Below, piece after piece: positions 27,101-36,000 of a stretch of 64,000 nt of DNA. The DNA is from a virus (lineage: Duplodnaviria > Caudoviricetes), in IMG/VR virus record IMGVR_UViG_3300017707_000735, positions 12,322-76,321 of that record; one strand, written 5' to 3'. The notes below the pieces were generated by a model, which had not been told where the DNA came from, did no database searches, and saw nothing but the letters and a program-made list of their open reading frames with translations. The position numbers and the translations under genes are program-made. Position 1 is the stretch's first letter. Each line of letters opens with the position of its first letter.

Positions 27101-29503
27101 ATGAGATATGGTGGTATGCGTAGATTGAGAAGAGCTCAAGAAGGTATGGCACAAGGTCAACCATCTCCTGAAGAAATGGCTATGATGCAACAACAGCAAC
27201 AACAAGGTGGTGGTGATGAGATGGCGCAAGTAATGCAACAGGTACAACAAGCTCTTCAACAAGGAGCACAACCTGAAGAAGTTGCTGCGCAGTTAATGCA
27301 AAACCAAATGCCGCCAGAAGCTATAATGCAAATCTTTATGCAGATTGGCATACCACAAGAAGAAGCTGCGGGTATTATACAATCAGTAATACAGGGTGCT
27401 CAGCAAGCACCAATGGCTGCTTATGGAATGCAGATGGGGGGTTACGACATGCCTTTTGCACAAGAAGGTACGTTTGTAATGCCTAATCTTGGTGATCCTT
27501 TAGAAATTGAAAAGCGCAATCAAGAATGGGCTACAAGACTGGAGAACAATCCTATTAAACTTAATGTTGCTAAAGATGATACAAAAAGTGATTTTACTGA
27601 TTGGAGAGGTGACACATATCATGCTTCAAAACATGGTTATGCTGATGAGCCATGGTTTAATATGGGTCTAACTCATGATCAATTAAGAAATTTCTACCAG
27701 CATCGTGGTGATAATATGTTACCAATTAATCATCCTAACAACACTAACTATTTTTGGGACCCGTCTAAGATGGCTTATGGAGGATCACTTGATAGATACC
27801 AAACTAAAGGTGAGGTAAAACAAAAAGTATATACTGAAGATAACTTACCTGAAGGTGCTGTTATTGTAGAAAAATATACACGCGGAAAAAAACCAGGTGA
27901 CTTTGAACTACAAGAAGATGGTACTTATAGAAAGGTGACTAAGTATGACCTTAAACCTTCTGCATCAAGTGCAACTAAGCAGCAAACTGCAGCTGATTTT
28001 GCCGCACAGTCTGAAGAAAATAAAAAACTACTAGAGCAGGCTAATGCAATTATTGCAAGAGAAATTGGTAAAGGAACTATTGAAGGTGATGCGGATGGCG
28101 GTGATATTAAACTACTAGGTAATCTTAGCTTACCATTCAATGAAAGAATCATTTTAAGTAAAGCACTTAACTCTAATAAAGATTTTGGTACTGATAAGTT
28201 TAAGGTAACTAAACAAAGTGCTACCACAGGTTATTCTCAAAAAAGTAGCAGAGGTGACTATAAAGGTACCGGATCATTTGTAGCAGGATTTACTCCAGAA
28301 GATTATGAGAAGCGCTACGTATATGAGCAGTTAAAAGGAATGGGTGCAGATGATGAAACAGCATTTGCTGAAATTGATAAAATTTATTCTGACCCTAAAC
28401 AAAAAGCAGGAGCAAGAAGAGAGTATCTAAACTTCTTAGGTGTTACAGCACCAGCAGATGATGCTGAGTTACTAGATGCTAACTTCTATAAGACACGTTA
28501 CAAAGATGTGACAACTGCTATGGAAAGATTGGATGAGAGTACGTTTAGAACATCTAAAGCTGGAGGTAATGACTTGATTTCAGGGTTTGACCACTTTGAT
28601 GCAATGGGTTTTGAATATAATCCAGAGTATGAGGCTGAACAACAAGAGCAAGAAGAAGAAGAAACTGATGAAGAAGGTGATGTTACAGAAGATGTAGAAG
28701 TACCTGTTCCTAAGTATGCACCATGGTGGTTGCAAGATACTATAAAAACAGCAGGAGCATTTGGTGATCTTATGGGTGTTAAGAAGTATTATCCTTGGGC
28801 GCCTAAGTACAATCCGTCAATTCCGGATCCAACATTCCTAGATCCTACAAGATCTATTGCTGCACAAAGTGAACAAGCAAGAATCCTTGGTGATACAATG
28901 TCTAAGATAACTCCTAGTTCTTCTATGGCGGCTTCTAGATTAGCTGGTCTACAAGGAGAGTTGGCTAAGGGTGCTGCAGACACTGCTAATCAATATGACA
29001 AAGCTAACGTAGAGATAGCAAATCAATTTGCACCTATGCAAGCTGAGATGTCTAACAAAGCTCAGGAATACAATCTTGGTCAGACTAAAGCACTATATGA
29101 TGCTAATACGTTGATGAACCAGCAGTATGATAACTCTAAGCGTGCTATGAAGCAGAACTTGCTTAACCAGTACACTAATGCTATCACTAACCGTTGGAAG
29201 ACAGATGCTATGAATCAGTTGTATCCTCAGTACGCTGTTGACCCAGCAACTGGTGGTAGACTTGATTTCAAAGGAGGTAAAAAACAGAAACCTACAGTTG
29301 CTAAATCATATGGTGACTATTACAATGAAGCATTTGAGATTACTGGTGACAGTGATGCATCAGCTAAATATGCATTGCTTGCTTGGAAACAAAGTCAAGG
29401 TGAAGATATTGGTGGAGGTGCTGAAGCTGTAATGAGCATGTATCAAAAGAATGGCGGTACCTTCACAATAGGACCAGGAATGCTTCCACCGTTTATACTG
29501 TAA
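24194..29503 (+). CDS. Large putative internal virion (cargo) protein, Gln/Met-rich
   Basis: 1769 aa. Central ANLEAEKGE..IGGKRHYQGG..FIFSD domain recalled from crAss-like cargo proteins. Many xxYGG/MGG motifs plus Q/M-rich and acidic low-complexity tracts. Confidence 0.7.
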   Translation: MKRKVRVYKAEDGQGQYHNQMSQFLKRAQMGMEQQAQQPDMQQIVMQVAGMLMPPPDGQGADAEQVYQSLIQSYGEAAATQIINVAVGMVQQSSGSEQAAGQEMAQEEEESVDDLTMQEELIREERERQQEQRDAEYMAEDDEFMYDLLYGDEEAQQEEQPEAKHGGAHHKKFVKKAMKLARKQMGDAGNGQGKNKADIFDGAMKRSEDFTNNLKNEATLSLLEKQFKNMSQAAPQMNAGQQFAYGGSQFGGMTGYGLDRFVYGGYDPSVPDLTEAMYGYQTGGMIAINDKDGNRRYVTQEEADNWNNAIKDDPDMLLSDLSFKSESPMNDPNYKMWSDLKDKGVNVGDYRQGINYKQFANSGNKNTNYNYVEKPYSTDNIWDALIPNNRIFGKKYTMYGPMNHLGLPFTGPFNPMSMMNGFDVDKQRLGFGHKRYTFTPKGASSASGTGMGTGAGSGAGFVPGPGQAVDAMGKPVTSQKQLEMSYLNPAYLRQSGKELKDLNLHPYSKQEMRNARQDLRQYDRAGRKMDRKSDWAQDKFGNNGQKQKGDFWPRLAGFLRTAEKARDGLQTFQGNVNGSSVNNQETPIEFKPRTAKEVWDKYEPELRKQWGSKIGQESELEKGTPSFRVDEENYFNGENFLNMANPMLKGLTNLFNRGEKKNFFGYQNNTSDDLADVNEQRFHGNYNPLSGDFREDLQGQNWQSKYGGVPHMKMGGPKGRTGQQVDYSLGIFPTAMGGSDINQYIGKKKPEISSTLKPVPRDKANLEAEKGETAYGDLNGDGFPEHYEIGGKRHYQGGTPLDLPDDTFIFSDTRSMRISDPKILKMFGKSPKKGGYTPAELAKQYDINAYRKILDDPDSDVVDRKTAEQMIKNFNIKLGALALAQESKKGFPQGIPVVAKPYMETMGISEEDILPKEEEAQQMAQQMMGQQGMPQGEQQAMIPEEQMAMASQEGMMASPEEMGMSPEGMMRYGGMRRLRRAQEGMAQGQPSPEEMAMMQQQQQQGGGDEMAQVMQQVQQALQQGAQPEEVAAQLMQNQMPPEAIMQIFMQIGIPQEEAAGIIQSVIQGAQQAPMAAYGMQMGGYDMPFAQEGTFVMPNLGDPLEIEKRNQEWATRLENNPIKLNVAKDDTKSDFTDWRGDTYHASKHGYADEPWFNMGLTHDQLRNFYQHRGDNMLPINHPNNTNYFWDPSKMAYGGSLDRYQTKGEVKQKVYTEDNLPEGAVIVEKYTRGKKPGDFELQEDGTYRKVTKYDLKPSASSATKQQTAADFAAQSEENKKLLEQANAIIAREIGKGTIEGDADGGDIKLLGNLSLPFNERIILSKALNSNKDFGTDKFKVTKQSATTGYSQKSSRGDYKGTGSFVAGFTPEDYEKRYVYEQLKGMGADDETAFAEIDKIYSDPKQKAGARREYLNFLGVTAPADDAELLDANFYKTRYKDVTTAMERLDESTFRTSKAGGNDLISGFDHFDAMGFEYNPEYEAEQQEQEEEETDEEGDVTEDVEVPVPKYAPWWLQDTIKTAGAFGDLMGVKKYYPWAPKYNPSIPDPTFLDPTRSIAAQSEQARILGDTMSKITPSSSMAASRLAGLQGELAKGAADTANQYDKANVEIANQFAPMQAEMSNKAQEYNLGQTKALYDANTLMNQQYDNSKRAMKQNLLNQYTNAITNRWKTDAMNQLYPQYAVDPATGGRLDFKGGKKQKPTVAKSYGDYYNEAFEITGDSDASAKYALLAWKQSQGEDIGGGAEAVMSMYQKNGGTFTIGPGMLPPFIL

Positions 29504-29513
29504 ACTTGTGAGG

Positions 29514-29545
29514 TTTATTAAACTTATAAAATTTTGATATTTTTA
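29514..29545 (+). promoter_or_regulatory. Putative promoter TTTA-N20-TATTTTTA
   Basis: TTTA 29514-29517, 20-nt spacer, TATTTTTA 29538-29545, in the intergenic gap before ATG 29567. Confidence 0.45.
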
Positions 29546-29566
29546 CAATACAAAGAATACTAAAGC

Positions 29567-32500
29567 ATGGCAACGTATTTACAAGGAGTCACGGATTATA
29601 TACCAGAGTTTCAGCCCTTTCAACCGGACTTAAATTTCTATAATAACGTCCTGCAGACAAAGCAAACTCAATATGATTCAAACTGGAAAGCAATCAATAA
29701 TGTTTACGGGCAGTATTTCTATTCTGATTTAACTCGTGATAACAATATTGAAAAGAAGGATGAGTTGATGAAACAGATTGATTTTAATCTTAAGAGAGTA
29801 TCTGGATTAGATCTATCACTTGACCAGAATGTTGAGCAAGCTACACAAGTATTCAAACCTTTCTATGAGGATAACTTTCTTATGAAGGACATGGCTTGGA
29901 CAAAGAATTATAAGACCAATAGACAAAGAGGTGTTGCTCTTAAAAATTCTAAGAACAAGGAAGACCGTGGTATGTATTGGGATACTGGTATCCGCTACAT
30001 GGACTACATGAGAGAGGACTTTAAAAAAGTATCTGATGAAGAGTCACTAGGTTTTGATAATGTTACTTACACACCTTATGTAAACTCCATTAAAGAGTTC
30101 CAACAGATTGCAAAGGACTACGGAGGTATAGATGTAGAGCACCCTTCTGAGGACGGTAGATATATGATCAGAGAAAAGAATGGTCAAAGACTTATTGCAC
30201 CTCTTACAGCATTGTTTGAAGCAAGTGTAGCTAATGACCCAAGAATGGCTGATGTCTACAGAGTTCAAGCTATTGTAAATAGAAAGGACTATGTATATTC
30301 AAAAAAGGATTCTGAGTTTAAAGGTGATGAGAAGGCTGCGGAGACAGCATACTTATCACAACAGAACAAGACTATCCAAGAATATATCCGTAGAAAGAAA
30401 GAGTCTGCTAGTAAAGATGTTGCTGTTACTAATAACAACATTACAGATGCACAGAATGCGGTAGAGACTGGTAATGATAATCCATTGACATTTGATTACC
30501 TTACACAGTTACAGAAAGCGCAGGGTATCTACCAAGCAGTTGAAGCCCGAGCAGATGACTTAGATGCGCAAACATCTAACGGTTCTTCTACAATGACTAC
30601 ATCATCCTACATACCGGATGACCAATTAGACCTAGAAGCTCTCAGATCTAAGGTAGATGTAGGTACGGCAGCAATGCTAATGGACCAAGACATCCAACAG
30701 GCAGCTAATCTATTTGCTTATAGTGACTATAAGTATGAGATGACTGCTGACCAGTTTGCTTTAGAGAGTGTAAGACAACAAAATAGAAAAGCTCTTCAGA
30801 ATGATAAAGAAGCTTTTGATATGAAGAAGATGGCTATTGAAGAAGGTTTAAAAACCGGCTTCTATCTATTTGATCAAAAGACTCAATCTATAATTCAGAA
30901 TCCTATATACCAAACTACTAATGTTAAGAAAGGTGCTGGAGGTTCTGGAGGTACAACTGATGAGCCTACAACGGCAGCAGAAGAGAATGCAAGAATAGAA
31001 GAAGAACAATCTCAGGATTATGCTGATGGTTGGTTCTCTACTGTAGCACAGATATTAGGAGATAGTGAAGCTACTGATAGAGTAACTGCAAAAAGGCTTG
31101 CACAAATACTTGCACCAAGTTCTGGTGATAAAGATGCGCCTGTTAAAAACGTAAGTTCTTATGTTGATAAGGAAACAGGACAGACTCTTTATAGATATGA
31201 TGAGCCTAAGTATAGTCAATCTGAGAAAGAAGCTTTCATTGAAAAAACATATGGTAAAAACTTTGCTCAACAAATAAAGAATAAGTCACGTCAGTCTGGT
31301 GAGAAAGCTCTTAAAGCATGGAGAAAAGATCCTAAAGCTTACTTTGCTGGTCTTGATGCTAAGGCTATGAAGAATGTTAAGTCTAAGATTGATGCTTTCC
31401 TTCTAGAGAGAACTGCAGCAGGCGATGTTAATGCAAAAGAACAACTTCTTAGCAAGAGTAATGTCATGATGGATATGTTCATTATAGGCAAAGAAAGTGA
31501 TGAGCTTATCAATCAGAAAAATGAAAAGACTCTTACTACAGCTATGTTAGGTAGTTTACCGTTCCCTGATAAGAATAGTAAAGATCTAGTTAAACTCTAC
31601 TACAATAATGGAAATCCATTGAGTGAGAACATGTTTAAGATGATGGCTAAGAATTTTGTTAAGGCTCCGCAAAGAGAAATTTGGGTAGAGGCAAGAGACT
31701 ATTCTATCAGACCAATGTCTGAAACATTTACTTCAAGAGATGAAGAAGAGAAGGGAACATTTGCTAATAGACAGAAGTATAACATTAATACAATGTTTAA
31801 GAATGGTGACTTAACTTCTTCTAACATTGATGTATTTATGAAAAGAGACTTGATGCATAACATGCCTAAAGAGCAATATATTGCATTAAGAAAACAGATC
31901 TTGTCCGCTCAACAAGAGAAAAAACAGTTAATGAAAAAAGTTGAGGATGGTGACAAACTTTCTTTCAAAGAAGAATACACATTAAAGAGGTCACGTGATT
32001 TAGGTACTCTAATCAACAACTTTACATCTACTCAAAATAACTGGGACCAACAATTATCTACTACTTATGAAGCTTTGTCTGGTGCCTTAACTAAAGACTT
32101 TGTATCTACAAAGATGCTTTCTAAAAGTAACCTTATTGATTACGGTAAAGAAGGTAGCAAGTTTTCAACAGCTGCAACAGACTATTCTGGTCAACAGGTT
32201 AATACAAAAATTGTTGGTACGTTTGGTTTTAAAGCCTTTCAACAAATGATGTCTCAGGATCTTGCAAAAAATGCATGGACAAATGACACACGTACATTTA
32301 GAGTTTCTTGGGATGGTACAACAAGATCTGGTTTTGAACCTGAATCAGACAGTGATGAAGGAGAGAATCCAAAATTTAGAGCACAGGTTACTGATATGGT
32401 CTTAAGACACCTTCAATCAAAAATAGGTACGGAAGCCGTTGATTTCGGGTTGTATCAAGCTCAGATTGCAAATGAACACAGGGGAACTGGTGCAATGATT

Positions 32501-32986
32501 ATTTACCCTACGTATGAGACTCTTAAAGCAATGGATATCATTGGAACTGACAAAGCACCTAAGTTAATTACAGAAGGTCAAGCTAGACGTATTGTGGCTA
32601 ATGGTATGGCAATTGCCGGACCAAGAACTATGTGGAAGAATGACTTATTTATGGATAACAAAACAAGTCCAGCTGAAGGTGTCTTAAATGCATTAGGTGA
32701 AATTAAGTATGAGCACCCACTAGGAGCAGGTGGTTATACAATTACCAAATCAAAAGGGGGTGCTGCACCGTATAGCGTTAATGTAACCTTCAATGGTTAT
32801 GATCCAATTACTGGTAAAAAAGGCGGTAAAAGTTATACTGTAGCTTATACAGACTTTGGTAACAACTTAGATGAAGCTATCTTAAATTTAAGATACAATC
32901 TGGATATTACATCAACAGAAATGTGGGATGAATGGGCAACAAACCCACTAGTCAAAAAGAACAATCAATCTATGCGCAATAGATAA
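29567..32986 (+). CDS. Putative ejection/cargo protein
   Basis: 1139 aa. N-terminal YIPEFQPFQPDLNFY..LQTKQ.QYD motif and helical body, first of the giant genes around the vRNAP as in crAss-like phages. Confidence 0.7.
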   Translation: MATYLQGVTDYIPEFQPFQPDLNFYNNVLQTKQTQYDSNWKAINNVYGQYFYSDLTRDNNIEKKDELMKQIDFNLKRVSGLDLSLDQNVEQATQVFKPFYEDNFLMKDMAWTKNYKTNRQRGVALKNSKNKEDRGMYWDTGIRYMDYMREDFKKVSDEESLGFDNVTYTPYVNSIKEFQQIAKDYGGIDVEHPSEDGRYMIREKNGQRLIAPLTALFEASVANDPRMADVYRVQAIVNRKDYVYSKKDSEFKGDEKAAETAYLSQQNKTIQEYIRRKKESASKDVAVTNNNITDAQNAVETGNDNPLTFDYLTQLQKAQGIYQAVEARADDLDAQTSNGSSTMTTSSYIPDDQLDLEALRSKVDVGTAAMLMDQDIQQAANLFAYSDYKYEMTADQFALESVRQQNRKALQNDKEAFDMKKMAIEEGLKTGFYLFDQKTQSIIQNPIYQTTNVKKGAGGSGGTTDEPTTAAEENARIEEEQSQDYADGWFSTVAQILGDSEATDRVTAKRLAQILAPSSGDKDAPVKNVSSYVDKETGQTLYRYDEPKYSQSEKEAFIEKTYGKNFAQQIKNKSRQSGEKALKAWRKDPKAYFAGLDAKAMKNVKSKIDAFLLERTAAGDVNAKEQLLSKSNVMMDMFIIGKESDELINQKNEKTLTTAMLGSLPFPDKNSKDLVKLYYNNGNPLSENMFKMMAKNFVKAPQREIWVEARDYSIRPMSETFTSRDEEEKGTFANRQKYNINTMFKNGDLTSSNIDVFMKRDLMHNMPKEQYIALRKQILSAQQEKKQLMKKVEDGDKLSFKEEYTLKRSRDLGTLINNFTSTQNNWDQQLSTTYEALSGALTKDFVSTKMLSKSNLIDYGKEGSKFSTAATDYSGQQVNTKIVGTFGFKAFQQMMSQDLAKNAWTNDTRTFRVSWDGTTRSGFEPESDSDEGENPKFRAQVTDMVLRHLQSKIGTEAVDFGLYQAQIANEHRGTGAMIIYPTYETLKAMDIIGTDKAPKLITEGQARRIVANGMAIAGPRTMWKNDLFMDNKTSPAEGVLNALGEIKYEHPLGAGGYTITKSKGGAAPYSVNVTFNGYDPITGKKGGKSYTVAYTDFGNNLDEAILNLRYNLDITSTEMWDEWATNPLVKKNNQSMRNR

Positions 32987-33003
32987 TTTAATAAAAAACT
33001 ATA

Positions 33004-36000
33004 ATGGCTGAAAATCAAACACCAGAACCAGAAGATATTTCTGGAGGGGCTCAGATGATTAATCAAGGTAGCACAGACATTGATAATTTTTTACCATTTG
33101 GTGGAGACAATCCTATGGGTGGCGTAACACCTACCTATAATCCGTCTCCGCTTAGACAAGCTTTTCCTAGAATCAGTAGTCTTGATAACTCTACTTATCC
33201 AGTTAAAGATAATGTAACTGGTTTAGCGCCATTTACTACTAAGCCAAATCAAGCTGCACCAATATCTTTAAATGATAAGCTTGATGCGCGCTTTGCCCAC
33301 ATGAATAACCAGCTCCGTGGTTTACAAGATAATAATGCATATGCAAAGATTCAAGCTTATGATGCATCTTCAGCCGGAGCACACAGAGCTAGATATAAAG
33401 CCTATGGTCAAGCAACGTTTGACAAGATTGGATTCAACCCTGAGTTAAACAATGAGGAATTATTTAATGCTGGTACAACTGGTTTTGATGATTTTGCAAG
33501 ATGGGCAACTGTATCAGCGTGGCCATTATTCTCAAGAGGTTTCATTGCTAACCCAAAAAGCTACGGTGGATTATTTACCGGGGACTTTGGACAAGACATA
33601 GAAGAAGCTAAAGCATATGAAGAATACAATGCTATTGGTTACTCAAGTAAAGGTGGTATAGGTGCATTTATGACTAATGCTCTAAACAGCTTTTCCTATA
33701 CAGCAGGTATCATTGTAGAAGCTATTGCTGAAGAAGCATTAGTAGGTGGTATCATTGGTGCGGCCGGTGGTCCGCAAGGAGCTGCTGGAGGTACTTTTGT
33801 TGGAGGTGCTGTGGGTGCACTCAAAGGATTGGCAGCTGTACCAAAAGCTCTATTCCAAATGGGGAGACAGGGTGCTACATTAGCGGCTAACCTTAGAAGA
33901 CTGGATGAGATGAGTGAAGCAAGAAGACTCTTTAATGATGCTTCTTCTACAGTAGGTAACTTCCTTAACCCATTTGACAATACTACAAATGCTGTTACTG
34001 CTGGTCTAAACAATGCTAACAACATAACACGTCTAGCAAGATCTGCTAACACCTTTGGCGGTTTCTATAATGACATCAAGAATGTAAACATGGCCCTTTC
34101 TGAGGGTAGACTAGAAGGTGGTTTTGTGGAAAACAATACATACAAAGAACTGTATGATGATTATTATGCTAAGTTTGGTGTAGCACCTGATGATCAAAAG
34201 CAAAGAGAGTTCCGTGATGTAGCCAGAAAAGCTGGAGCTGATGCAACTTTCTACAATACACTATTGATTAACTACTCTAACAAGTTGGTTATCCCTAATG
34301 TAATGAAGGGTGGTGTACTTAGATCATTATCTGGATACACAGATGATATTGCAGACTTTGGTACACATAGTATTGTACTTAACCCTAAGAAAGGATTTGA
34401 GCTTGTAAGAAACAACTTGGTTACTTCTTTAAAAGCACTTAAGAATCCTGCAACTTACGGTAAAGTATCACTTAATTACTTTAAGAGAAACGTAACAGAA
34501 GGTATTCAAGAGAATGCTCAGGATGTGATAGCGGATTATCTACAGAGAAGCTACATTGCTGCCTATAATGATCCTGCTAAGACTAATCATGACTATGCAA
34601 AAGCTATCTTGAAGAATGCTGTATGGAAACAATTCAGTGCTCAAGGTCTTGAAACATTTGCTTCAGGGTTTGTAATGGGTGCGTTTGCAGGACCATTGAA
34701 TAACATTCCAAAGTATGCAGGTATTGGATACAATAAGTATATCAAGTACCGCGGTGAGTATGATAAGTATGTTACTGAAAGAGGTGAGTCAGGAAAACAA
34801 TTGGTTGATACACTTAACCAGATTTACAATGACCCTAAAGAGTTCTTCAAACACAGATACTTTAACTATGGTAACCAGTCTTTAGCATCTAAGATTGCTG
34901 ATGATGACAAGACTACTCCAGGAGAGTACATGGACCAAAGAGATGCTGCATTTATTTCTCAAATGCAAACTGTCCTGAGTACAGGTACAATGAAATACTT
35001 CATTGATCAGATTAAGAGCTACCAACAGAGAAGTCCTAAAGATGTAGAGGATGCGCTTGGTCTTGCAGAAGGAGAAGGTATGAAAGCCATACAACGTGTA
35101 GACACTCTTGTAGCTAGAGCTAAGAGAATGGAAAGAAGATACGACTACTTTAAGAAGAAAGTTGGAAAGAATCCTGTAGACCTTAGTTTGTTTGATAAAG
35201 ACTCTGATGATTATAGAAAGGCAGCTCTTTTGCATAGTGCATGGGAAGTTGGTGTAAACTCTCAGCTATTTATGGGTGAGTCATTTGACAGAAACCTAGA
35301 AAGAATTGCGGGTATAACAGATACATTTGGTCAGATTAGCCAGTTCTCTAATATTCCGAGCTCTGCAGTTATGCCATTGCTTGACCAACAACGTTTAGCT
35401 AATGAGTTTGACTTACTTAAAAGTGAGATATCAGTATTAGAGCAAAGTGGTAAACCTCAGACAGCTGAGTTATCTAAGAAGAAACAACAACTCGAAGACC
35501 TTAGTGATTTTCAAAAGTCTCTTGCTGCAGTACAACTTACAGTTATTCAAAAAGAAGCTATTCAAATACGAAAGCAAGAGCTGATTGAGCAAGGGATGAC
35601 ACCTAAAGACGCTGCGGTACAAGCTGAACAAAAGTTTGAAGAAGACTTTGATGATCTAGCTAATGAACTGATCAGTGACCTAAAGGAAACAGTGACTAAG
35701 TACTTACTTAATCTTTCTGGTTCTGAGGTTGAGTATACTAAGTTGATGAATAAACTCCAAGAAGAAGGAGAGATAGAAGGTATTGACTATGCAATGACTC
35801 AGCTAATTGACTTACATAAGTTAACTTATGAGAATCAAGCCTTAGTTAAGTATATCAATGTGCTTCAGGATCCTGTAGAGTTTGCTATTCATGTGAATAG
35901 AAACTTGGAGTGGATGACTGAGATGTATAACAACAAGACTGAGTACTTCAAAGATGTAGTAAATAATACTGTTGAGCAGAAAGAATACAATGACTTACTA

